From: Adineta vaga
Lineage: Eukaryota; Animalia; Rotifera
Length of the DNA: 64,000 nt
Direction of reading: 5' to 3'
Assembly: GCA_021613535.1 (NCBI GenBank)
Contig: CP075492.1
Coordinates: forward strand, 2,542,001 to 2,606,000
Every line of letters begins with the position of its first letter. Positions within the stretch are counted from its first letter, which is position 1. This document shows positions 48,584 through 58,912 of this stretch, piece after piece. Below the pieces are notes generated by a model, which worked only from the letters and a program-made list of their open reading frames with translations, was not told the origin of the DNA and did not search any database. Both the position numbers and the translations under genes were made by a program.

Positions 48584-51500
48584 TCATTTATAGGATGAAA
48601 ATGTCGATGTAGAACGTAGGCTAGAAGAAGCAGTATTTGTCGATGATATTGATGTTGGACCATCTAACGATTTCATTAGATCATTATATGCAATTTCAAA
48701 AGCTCTAAGTTTTTCAGTTGCATTAGTTTTATCTTTGAAATATTTTTCAACCGTCTTGATTTGATCACAATCCTCAATTTGTTTTCCCAACAATTCTTCT
48801 GGTAAACCACATATACCACTTCGACAAGGAGTATCATTTCCATATATACCAAGACAACAAGCCCATATCAATTTCGGAAGTTGAGCATTAGATGAACGTG
48901 CTTGTATTAATTTTGCTGCTTGTATAATAGCTTGTGCTTCATCATAACTAATAGATTTCTTTGATTGAAGATTATAAATATAACCATCATGATATTGACA
49001 ATTACCATAATTTGTTTTGGATAAAATATAACTCTGACGACATTTCGGACAGATTTTTTCCGTTTCATCATCGAGTTCTTTTCTTTTGCGTTCTTCATCT
49101 TGTTTGATTTGTTCTTCACTTTTCTTAAAATCAATATCTTCAATCAAATGACTACGTAAAAGTGAATGTTTAACAATCATAACAATCCATTTTTCTTTTG
49201 CAGCAAAATTATTCTAAAATAACTGATGTATTTTTCAGTTTTATATAGAAAATAAAAGATAGACTCTTACACTACTATCAACAGGTTTATTTTCAACAAA
49301 TGCTTGTTTACATTTTTCACGTATATATTGATATAGATGAATATTTGAAATTGATGTTGATTGTGATGTATTTGAATCATTTATACTCAGCATAATAAGT
49401 GAATCAATATCAAAAATAAACATTGAACGATTGTATTCATCACATTCTATGAAAGGACGAGTGCAAAATGAGATAGATTTTCTGCAAAATGATCTTACCA
49501 GCAAATGTCGTTGCAAGTAATTCAAAGATTTTATTCTCATCAAAAGCATTATTTTTAGAAAAGAAATCTGTATCTATAATTTGAATTGTATCAATATTTC
49601 GACTAGAACAACCATTAATAATACGAGCGAGTAAAGTCATCAATGATGTTTCATCATTGAATAATGCTTTTTCAATTGTATATCCATCAGATAATTCAAT
49701 AAAACATGTTCTTTCTTGTAAATCAATTAAAATTCGTCCTGACGGTTTCTTTTCGGAAAAAACTAATGAAAATTTGTCAGATTGATTATTTGTTGTATTT
49801 GTATGGAATATATTTGGATAAATACGACAAATTTCAGGTAGAGTACTACTTCCAAACCAACAACTAAATTCTCGAGCTGTATTATTAGCAAGTGAAAGTA
49901 ATGTATGATTCGATAATGATGTTGGATTATCTGCTAGAAAACTAACAATACTTGATTTCAATCCACCTATTGCGGCACCACTAAAATTTGTTGTAATTTT
50001 TACAAGAAAATTGAGTCGATCATTATTGAAGTCTTTTAAATCTTTTGTTAAAAGTGGTTTAAGCATTTGTTTACGAATTTCAGGCGATGGTCGACCAACA
50101 AAACATTTTGCCTGCATACGTCTTAGAAAAGCATCATCCATCATATTTCGTCGATTTGTTGCACCAAAAACAATCAAATTTGGTATGTTTTTTACACCTT
50201 CAATATGTGAAAGAAGAACACTAATACCATCGACTTTCGATTGTTGTGCATTATTATCTCGTTTCGGTACTAATCCATCGATTTCATCAATAGTCATAGC
50301 ACACATCAAATATGGAATTGTATTAGCACGATACATGATATCAATAAGAAGTTTTTCTGTTTCACCGACATAAGGTCGATTAAGTTCACCTGCAGCTAAT
50401 GGAACTGTTGTCATTGTAATACCAGCATAAACAGCTGCTCGTTTAAGTAGTTCTGATTTTCCTACATAGAAACGAAAAATAAGTTTAAAATGACAAAAAA
50501 AATGATATAACATACCTGTTCCTGGCGGCCCATAAAGTAATAAACCACGACCAATTTTCACTTTAAGTTTATGATGCTCATCAGCATTAATAAGATCCAA
50601 CTTGGATTGTCGATCATTAATCTCTTTTGTATTGTTTTCAAGACTTTCAATAAGTTCATTACACTTTTTCATTATTCTCTCGAATTCCATGACTGTTTTC
50701 TGCAAATCATTTTCGGCATCTCTCTTCTTTTTTTCAACTTGCACTTGTTTCCCTCGAGCTTTATCCAAAGCATCTCTGTACACGAGCAAACCAGATGTAG
50801 ATCTACTAATTGTATCCCTGAGATTATCTATTTCTCTTTTTATGAGTTCCTCTTCTTGGGATATATTTGACAAGCGAAATTTTTTTGTTTCAACATCCAT
50901 TTTCATACTGTTAAATTGAGATGTCGTCAAACTAAATTCTTCTTCCAAACTTTTAGCTCTGTCTTTAAGTTGCTTGAGTTCATGTGACCAAGTATTACGC
51001 TTCTGTTCAATCTCTTCTTCCGTAAAACTTGCAGTTGGAACACAAAATGTTCGTAGATATTCATAAATAGTACTAATTACATTTCCATCATCAGCATAAA
51101 ATTTACGTAATTCTTCCATGGCTAAATCTACCGCCTTTCCATCGAGATATGTTAATTGTTCTCTTTTCCCGATAACATCATAAAAATAACGTTTAACTCG
51201 ATGAATATCACCTAACAATGTAGCTGTGGATTCTCTATAAGGATCAGTAGTTTGATTGAAACTACCTGCAGCAGCATTCAATTGTACATAATCGTAAATC
51301 ATTTGTTTCACCGCAGGTTTAACACCACTAACCTTTTCCCAGATACTTTCATTCATAACTGTGTTTTGAAGATGTTCAATTGTTTTAATATTTTCATCTA
51401 TATAGATAAAAATGTTATATATAAGTATATATGGAAATGTAAAGGCGCCAATACCTCCGAGATCTTTCGTCCACTTTTCAATATCTTTCTGATCATATTT

Positions 51501-52091
51501 GTTCTGACGACCAATAGATTTAAGAAGATCTTCTAACGTATTAATTTCTTCGGAAAAATCAGAGGAATTAATTATGTCAGTTCGATTATTTGATGCTTCA
51601 TTGTAAGGAATAATCGTTACATTTACAGAGGTATCTGATGTTGTGTACCATATTTCAGGAAATTGAGTCTCTTTAGTACCAGGTCGATAATCTAATTCTA
51701 ATAGATCGAGTAAGTAATTGAAATTCCATGGTCCAAATTTATCATTTTTACGTATAAATAAATTTGGTCGATAAACTGGACGTTCTGTTTGATTACTCAT
51801 ATCGATTGGTTTACTGGTTGATCGAAGTGCATAGAGTTGAAATACTGACAAAGCTTTTTCATTGATCATTAGAGTACCATTAGGTGTATTCAAATCGTCA
51901 ACGAATTTTTTCAATTGTAGATATTTGAATTTGATACGAATAGTCATAGTAAGTTCTTCAAGTGATACGGGTTTCGACTCCACAACTGTTGTTACATTTG
52001 ATTGTGTCCTTATAGTAACAGACTCACTTGTTTCACTAACTGTTGTATCGTTTGAAGGCGTCCATTTTTCAAAGCTATATCTTCTTTCCAT
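48584..52091 (-). CDS. Classical-clade AAA ATPase with SAM-like domain, coiled coil, degenerate second AAA module and CHORD-like zinc finger; 5 exons (52091-51455, 51397-50516, 50461-49499, 49446-49271, 49213-48584), ~1095 aa
   Basis: After splicing: Walker A GLLLYGPPGTGKS, pore loop YVGETE, Walker B TIDEID, GATNR, DDAFLRR; later SMFIFDIDSL; C-terminal CPKC..C.YHDG..WACC..C..GIC. All introns GT-AG and frame-consistent. Confidence 0.9.
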
Positions 52092-52203
52092 TTAGGAATT
52101 AAATATTCTTAATCTAGAAAAAAAAGGAAGTTCTTCTCGAGTAAATAATTCACAGAAAAACAAAAGTTTCAGTTAAAATGTTAACTTTTTCAATGTTTTT
52201 ATT
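52092..52203 (-). promoter_or_regulatory. Putative intercistronic region: poly(A) signal, U-rich tract, splice acceptor
   Basis: Minus strand: TGA-AATAAA (52203-52198)...cttttgtttttctgtg...cttccttttttttctag| 22 nt before the AAA ATG. Confidence 0.5.
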
Positions 52204-55149
52204 TCAATTCAGATTCCTATTGCGTTTCTCTACATTGGATATTGGCGTTGCAATTTGATTTTGTTGAACTTGTACCTTTTGATCTTTTAGTTCTTGTTTG
52301 ATAATATCCGCTGATTTCGCATCAAATTCCATTCTCTTTTTACAATAGTATTGATTGAGTGCAGTAATTTTTTCTTCAGCTTTTGCCATATCTCGATATA
52401 TTTGTTTACGAAGTTCCTTATTTTCAGCATATTTATCTTCATTATTTTGTATTTTCTCTCGTACTTGACGTAATGCTTTTCCACTATCTGCAATCTGTTG
52501 ACTATTTTCTTCTACATTTGTATTAAGTGTTTTGAGTTGATTTCTTGATGCTTGAATTTTCTCACGACTTTGTCTTTCATTTTCACTAACCACTCGTAGA
52601 GATTCGGATACATTCTCAATATCTTTTTGATTTTTCATTATGTCTCCTTTTTTCAATTGCAGTTTTGATTCAACTTGTTCAACATCTTTCTTTAATTTGT
52701 TATGATGAGTTTCGTACAAATCACGTTTTTGAACAAGTTCTTGTACTTTAATAGTTTGCGATTGTACTTTCGAACGAGCAATTTGATGAGCAGTTTGATA
52801 TTCATTCATTTGTCGTTGAGTTTGTGTTCTACGTTGTTCTAATGTTGCTTTCTCATCAACAACACTTCGAATTTCTTCCGATACAATATTGAGTTGGTTA
52901 ATTTTCTCTCTTAATTGACTTTCTACTCCATTAAGATTATTCGTTTTTATTTCCAACTCGTTCTTCAATTGTGCTTCGTTCTTTTCTGTGGCTTGTAATA
53001 ATGTTCGTTGATTTTCTAATTCTCTTCCTGTCATTTTTTCCATATTTGTTTTATCACGAAGTTTTCGTTTTATATTTTCATTTTGTTGTTTGAATTGTAG
53101 AATTATACCAATTTGTTTTTGATGCTCCGTTGTAGCTGTATCGAGTTGATCTTGTTTTTCGCGTTGTTTGATTCGATGATCATCCATATTACGTTCATGT
53201 CGTTGAATTTTTGTTTTTATACTTTCAACATTTGATTTCAAATCTTCTCGTTGTTGACATGATTGTGCAAGTTCACTTTGATTTCGTTGAAGATCATTAT
53301 TAGCACTAGTGAGTTGTGTTTGAACACGATTTAGTTTATTTTGTGTCGTTTTAAGTTTACTTTCTGTTTGAGCTTGTTTACGATTGACATTGCGGAGGGT
53401 ATTGTTAAGTGAATCATATTCATTTTTACATCGTGAAACAGCAGCTGATTTTTGTCGAACGATGTCTTCTTGTTGGATTCGATCGTTAGTTAAATTACGA
53501 TATGTTGATTTTGTCGTTTGTAATTCTGATTTTGCTTTACTGTGTTGTTGACGAGCAGTATTGCATGCAGTTTCTTTTTGAGTAAGTTTGTCTTTTGCGT
53601 CTTTTAATGCACTTTCTGCTGCACTTTGATTACCACCCAAACCAGGAATAGGTATCTTTGCCCACAACGTTGCAGCCACTGAAATAACAGTTCCAAAGAA
53701 ACTTTGTGATTCTGCACTTTGAAGTCGAGCTTCGGCAACGCGGACTTGTTCTTGAGCTTGACGAAGTTCATTCTCAGCTGAGTCGAGTTGTGTTTGAGCT
53801 CTTTGTTCTTCAGCTATAGCTCGATCATGTTGAGTTTGAGCTTCTCTTTCCTGTTGTTTAAGTTGGGTTAGTTGTTGAGTAGCTTCCGTATGTTCAGTAA
53901 TAGCAGTTTGATGATTTCTCTGTGCATCATCTCGTTGTTCTTGTAAACTATTACATTCAGCAATCAATTGATCGCGTTCTGCTTCTAATTTGTCCTGTTC
54001 TATTTCATGAAAATTCACTTCGTTCGTAAATTGTTGGTGAGATCGTTCTAGTTGGGATACTTTATCTTGAATTCGTCTGATCAATTCTTCTGAAGTACGT
54101 AGTTTTTCTTGAACTGCTCGAAGTTGATTATTGAATTCGGTAAGTTGATCTTCTAATTCCATGAATTGACGATCTAAATCACATTTTTCTAACTCAAGCT
54201 GTTTTCGATTCGTTTCAAGTTCAATTCGTCGTCTTTCTGCTGCATCTAATTCATTTGCCAATTGTCTACATTGTTCCGTAAGTTCATTAATCTCTTCTTT
54301 CATTTTAATAAGTTCTTTTTCAAGTCGTTCGATATTTTTCTGAAAAATCGCTGCTTCTACTTGTAAACGATTGATACCAGTTACTTTTTCATCAAGAGCA
54401 CGTTTTAATTCATTAATCATCGTAGTCAGTTGTTCCTTTTGTCTTTTCAAATCTTCTTGTTCACTCTTGAAGTTTTGCTCTTGTTCTTTCAGACGATCAA
54501 GATCAACATTTAATTTTTCAATTTGACCCACAATTTCATAGAAATTTGCTCGTAATTGTTCTACTTTTAATTCATATTCTTGACGTCTTTGATTTTCCTC
54601 AGTAACTAATTGTTGTTGTTCTTTAATTTGCTCATTCATTTGATCAACTTGTTGTTCTAAGTCTTTCAATGATAATTGTAAATTATTTTCGATTTGAATA
54701 TTTTCATTTTTACGTTCCTTCATTTCGATAATTTGATCTTGTAATTGTTTTTCTTCGAGTTGTAATCGATTATTCAATTCCATATAAGAATTTTGTTCGT
54801 TTTTATAATTTTCAACTTGCATTTCATATTTTTCTAGATTATTTTCGTAAAGAACAATAGCATCGACTATTTCACATTGTTGATTACAAAATCCTATTCT
54901 TTCTTGTTCTAATTGTGTAAGTCGTTCAGCATGTTCTTTAAATTCTTGAAAGAGTGGATCATATTGATTCAATATTTTCGTACTTTCAGCATCATGTTTC
55001 TTATTCTTTTCTCCAAGATTTTTGCTTTCGACGAAATATTCCTCACTTTTTTTGCCACACATTTCAAGGAACTCTCCTACTTGTGCTTGATTTTTTTTAT
55101 ATTCTTTCAATTGATTTGTAAAAAAAGCATCCTGTTGATTGTCAGCCAT
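52204..55149 (-). CDS. 981-aa coiled-coil protein with a central hydrophobic segment, intronless
   Basis: Continuous heptad-like E/Q/K/L-rich sequence broken only by FFGTVISVAATLWAKIPIPGLGG at residues ~484-506; ATG at 55149. Confidence 0.85.
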   Translation of the reverse strand: MADNQQDAFFTNQLKEYKKNQAQVGEFLEMCGKKSEEYFVESKNLGEKNKKHDAESTKILNQYDPLFQEFKEHAERLTQLEQERIGFCNQQCEIVDAIVLYENNLEKYEMQVENYKNEQNSYMELNNRLQLEEKQLQDQIIEMKERKNENIQIENNLQLSLKDLEQQVDQMNEQIKEQQQLVTEENQRRQEYELKVEQLRANFYEIVGQIEKLNVDLDRLKEQEQNFKSEQEDLKRQKEQLTTMINELKRALDEKVTGINRLQVEAAIFQKNIERLEKELIKMKEEINELTEQCRQLANELDAAERRRIELETNRKQLELEKCDLDRQFMELEDQLTEFNNQLRAVQEKLRTSEELIRRIQDKVSQLERSHQQFTNEVNFHEIEQDKLEAERDQLIAECNSLQEQRDDAQRNHQTAITEHTEATQQLTQLKQQEREAQTQHDRAIAEEQRAQTQLDSAENELRQAQEQVRVAEARLQSAESQSFFGTVISVAATLWAKIPIPGLGGNQSAAESALKDAKDKLTQKETACNTARQQHSKAKSELQTTKSTYRNLTNDRIQQEDIVRQKSAAVSRCKNEYDSLNNTLRNVNRKQAQTESKLKTTQNKLNRVQTQLTSANNDLQRNQSELAQSCQQREDLKSNVESIKTKIQRHERNMDDHRIKQREKQDQLDTATTEHQKQIGIILQFKQQNENIKRKLRDKTNMEKMTGRELENQRTLLQATEKNEAQLKNELEIKTNNLNGVESQLREKINQLNIVSEEIRSVVDEKATLEQRRTQTQRQMNEYQTAHQIARSKVQSQTIKVQELVQKRDLYETHHNKLKKDVEQVESKLQLKKGDIMKNQKDIENVSESLRVVSENERQSREKIQASRNQLKTLNTNVEENSQQIADSGKALRQVREKIQNNEDKYAENKELRKQIYRDMAKAEEKITALNQYYCKKRMEFDAKSADIIKQELKDQKVQVQQNQIATPISNVEKRNRNLN

Positions 55150-55580
55150 GTAATTCAATTAAGGATATTAAAACCTATAAATAATCATTACAGCTTTATA
55201 AATATATAATTATATGCAGGAAAGGACATGACGATAGGAATTATTCATTTTATTGTGTAAAACAAGAATAAAAACTATTTCCAGTTTTTCATGTTTCTCA
55301 AAAGAGTTGAATTCGTAAAGTGATAAGGTAGGAAAACAAAATTCTCCAAGATAGAGGGAATGAAATAACAAACCTTGTTTCTCTAAATGTCTAAAATGAA
55401 GAAAACAAAATGCTTATTCGCGTAGAATATACGTATGAGAGAAATGGAAAAAAACTTGCGCGTATGTAAATGAGAGAGATAAAAAAAACCATTGTATGCA
55501 CAGGTGTATGATAAGGAAAGGAAAAAATATATTACTGATTGAGCAGACTGCGACGCAATCCTTAAAAAAGAGGTGACATG

Positions 55581-55859
55581 GGTTGTGGAGCTTATCCATG
55601 TTTTCTTGATGATTATCTTTTAAACATGTGGATGACATTGAGTTTTTATTTTATTCCTACTCTTTTAATTGCTTTTTTTAATATAGACATACTTATTGGA
55701 TTTATTCGACAAAAACAAATTCTTCATCGTCATAAGCATTGGAACACATATCGAAAAATGATGATACAATTATTTTCTATTACATCACTTTATCTTTTCT
55801 TTTTCACTATCTTCCAAATCATATATATGCCTTTTGTATGTCTTACATCTCTACTATGA
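55581..55859 (+). pseudogene. Internal GPCR fragment (TM5-TM6)
   Basis: CGAYPCF...IPTLLIAFFNIDILIGFIRQKQ...WNTYRKMMIQLFSITSLYL; no flanking exons. Confidence 0.6.
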
Positions 55860-56071
55860 TGAAGAAAAGAGTATTAATCACACCTGCCTCCTAAATATTT
55901 TGAGAATATACTATTGGTCTTTTTATTTATATATTTATTAATAAAAAGGCTTTTTTTCATAAGACACTCTGAAAGCACAAAGAGATATCATGAGTTACTA
56001 AATAAACATTTGAGACATAAAACAAATGAAAGAAAACGCAATTTCATACTTTTTAAATTTTCTGTATCACA

Positions 56072-57820
56072 ATGTCTCAAACAAAACTTGAAATTTTACC
56101 AAATGAAATTTTACTACAATGTTTTCATTATTTTCAAATTATCGATATTTTTCATTCATTTGATCAACTCAATCATCGTTTCAATTCTCTTATTAGAAAT
56201 ATTTCGTTTCCATTTAGTTTAAATTTTCAAAATATTCATAATAGATTCCAATGTGAAGAAATTTGTAGAACATTATCAATTAATCAAACTTGGAAAAATC
56301 AACTTTATTCATTACATTTATCAAATGAAAATACATGTTATCCAATTCATTTATTTATTTCAAAATTTTCACTTTTACAATTTCCTCATCTTCGTTCGTT
56401 AACTTTAAGCAAAATAACAGAAAAAAATTGGAAATCTATTGGCACAGAATTATCATCAATACCTGAATTATCTTGTTTTCGAATCTTTCAGTGTGATATA
56501 TCAGGAAAAAGCATAATACCTATGTTACCAATATCAAAATTACAAACATTAATCATACCATTCCCATCATTTCCTAAAGTGACTCCAGATATTCAACTAT
56601 CATCACTTATTCATTTATCAATCTTTGGATGTCATTTACATGAGTTATTTATTATATTAAATAATGCATCGAAACTAAATTATATAGAACTACGAAATGT
56701 CCCTCCCCCCAAATGGGGACTTTTTTGGAGTATGACTGATGATGCGCATAATAGTACTCCTGCAAATAATTTGAAAACACTACATATTCATTGGTTTCAA
56801 GGTAATATTGATGCTCTTTTTATGTTGCTAGAAAGAACACCAAATTTAGAAAATTTCATAATATTATCTAACAGTGATCCAAACATGATACAAGCTGATA
56901 AATGGCAAAATTTCATAATTTCTTCATTACCTCATTTAAGAAATTTCAAATTCAGATTTGTTGTCATTGATTTCGTACGGAATAGTATTCATGAACGAAG
57001 ATTGAAAGAATTTCAGAATAATTTTTGGTTCAATCAACATCATTTATATATAGAATATGCTATATGGCCATCTCGGGCCGAAATTTATACTTTACCATAT
57101 CCATTTAATACATTTGAATTTTCATTAGATTGTCATATATATTACAATGAAATAATTGATCGTATAAACACATTTGATAATGTTAAAGATTTATCAGTTG
57201 ACTTCGAGAAATTAACAGAAAACAATCCACATTATTTTTCTAAGATTGAATCATTATCATTTGGATGTCAAGATCGGATAAAAGGTAAATATATAACGAT
57301 GAATTATTCACATTTAAAATATATTCAAACGACAATGAACTTATCAAATATTAAACATTTAACTCTATTAGATGGTTTACAATTTGAATCATCAGATATA
57401 TTTAAAGAAATATTAAAATCTGCAATACAATTAACGTCATTAAGAGTCAATTTTTCTCATTTAATAAAATGGTTCCACAATAATGAATTATGTAAATATT
57501 TCACTAAACGTATTAGAAAATTATATATTCATTCTGGTTTATTCGAGAATTCAGATCAATTAGAACAATTCTGTGCAATATTTGTTAATCTTGAACAACT
57601 TGGATGTTTTTTCAATCAATCAGTTATTTTATTTTTAATCAAAAATTTACATAAATTAATTTGCATAGAAAATTATGGATGTCTAAAGAATTATGAAATA
57701 TCTTCGATCGAAAAAGAAATAGAAAAACTTGGTTTAGATATAATTATTGATTTGGATGATTACGAGAATCTTGACTTTATTTATTTGAATCGATCCAAAT
57801 TGAATAGAAATATTTCATAA
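56072..57820 (+). CDS. F-box domain / LRR-like protein, paralogue of 20638-22353
   Basis: LEILPNEILLQCFHYF..IDIFHSFDQLNHRFN; shared LSNxNTCYPIHLFxSKFSLLxFP and ISSLPHL. Confidence 0.85.
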   Translation: MSQTKLEILPNEILLQCFHYFQIIDIFHSFDQLNHRFNSLIRNISFPFSLNFQNIHNRFQCEEICRTLSINQTWKNQLYSLHLSNENTCYPIHLFISKFSLLQFPHLRSLTLSKITEKNWKSIGTELSSIPELSCFRIFQCDISGKSIIPMLPISKLQTLIIPFPSFPKVTPDIQLSSLIHLSIFGCHLHELFIILNNASKLNYIELRNVPPPKWGLFWSMTDDAHNSTPANNLKTLHIHWFQGNIDALFMLLERTPNLENFIILSNSDPNMIQADKWQNFIISSLPHLRNFKFRFVVIDFVRNSIHERRLKEFQNNFWFNQHHLYIEYAIWPSRAEIYTLPYPFNTFEFSLDCHIYYNEIIDRINTFDNVKDLSVDFEKLTENNPHYFSKIESLSFGCQDRIKGKYITMNYSHLKYIQTTMNLSNIKHLTLLDGLQFESSDIFKEILKSAIQLTSLRVNFSHLIKWFHNNELCKYFTKRIRKLYIHSGLFENSDQLEQFCAIFVNLEQLGCFFNQSVILFLIKNLHKLICIENYGCLKNYEISSIEKEIEKLGLDIIIDLDDYENLDFIYLNRSKLNRNIS

Positions 57821-58133
57821 TTTTATTAATATACCATTCATTGAAGAATATTTGATCTTTATAATTAAAGATCTTTCAAAGAAAAGTGTTCGAATTTGAA
57901 TGTTTTAACTTTTTAAACTTGAATAAAAAAATATTGTCTTTTCTTATTCATTTTGATGACAAGAATGAGTTGTACATTGGTTCAATACAGAGTTCATTCG
58001 GTTTTTTACATGAAAATTTATAAATTCAGGAGGAGAAAGGAGAGGGCGAGACTTCATCCACTATTTTAAATAGTTTTATAGAAATTTATTCGGAGCTTTC
58101 TTCTTCTTCTTTTTAAAATTTTGGTCTACAGCG

Positions 58134-58187
58134 CATCTTGAGGGTGTGGGTATTAGATGGATGTAGCACCCACACCCACACCCTCAA
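58134..58187. repeat. GGGTGT palindromic element, spacer type C
   Basis: catcttgagggtgtgggt-attagatggatgtagc-acccacacccacaccctcaa. Confidence 0.9.
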
Positions 58188-58756
58188 CGTGTTTCGTTTT
58201 GATTGTTAAGGCTCATCAAGTAGCTTCATATAACTTTGCATATTCACCTAAATTAAAGTCGACAAAGCTCAAAAAGAATTTCCAATATTCAGTTCAAGCT
58301 GGATAATAAATGATCTTTACAATGTTCATATCGTCGAAGACTTTGATCCTGCGATGTCGTAGTCGATGTTACTCTTGTTCTCCTGTGAATAGTTTTAGTT
58401 GTTGTTATTATTATAATTGTTCTCGAAAATTTTCGTCGCTTCTGACGCTGCTGATCGACATAGTTCGGATAGTGATGGTAGCGGTTCATTTGTACGTTCC
58501 TTATTCAATAGATTAGTCTTAGAAGATATGCTTGTAGGTGATGACATTTAAAGCTATCTGTAGAGCAGAAAAAAATTTGATCTGGAAATTAGAAACATAA
58601 TTAACTAGTATTAAATTATAAATAACGCTCGTCGAAGGAGACTAGCTTAACCCTTAACTGATTTCGATCATATTATAAATATGATTTCTTCATTTTGCAG
58701 TCGGTCGTCAGTGTTCGTACGGTCTACCACTTCCGACTGCTCAACTGAGTTAATCA

Positions 58757-58816
58757 CATCTTGAGCGTGTGGGTGTGGGTGCGGGTATAATCTCTTTCTT
58801 TCACACCCACACCCTC
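58757..58816. repeat. GGGTGT palindromic element
   Basis: catcttgagcgtgtgggtgtgggtgcgggt-ataatctctttctttc-acacccacaccctct. Confidence 0.85.
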
Positions 58817-58912
58817 TACACATATATATATTCACTGTGTTATGCATAGACATTTCTCATTTTATTATAAAGTCTTATTAGATAAAACTAATTATTATTA
58901 TGTAAAAAATGA

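Noticed and set aside
49440-52091. 883-aa ORF taken as the real protein
   Set aside because: It reads through two in-frame introns (57 and 54 nt, one splitting Walker A) and misses two further exons.
50011-52095. Plus-strand ORFs overlapping the AAA gene, and similar shadow ORFs inside the GPCR, TPR and F-box genes
   Set aside because: Antisense or alternate-frame by-products of the real coding sequence.
52204-55149. SMC/Rad50 or myosin/tropomyosin
   Set aside because: No Walker motifs, hinge, CxxC hook or motor domain.
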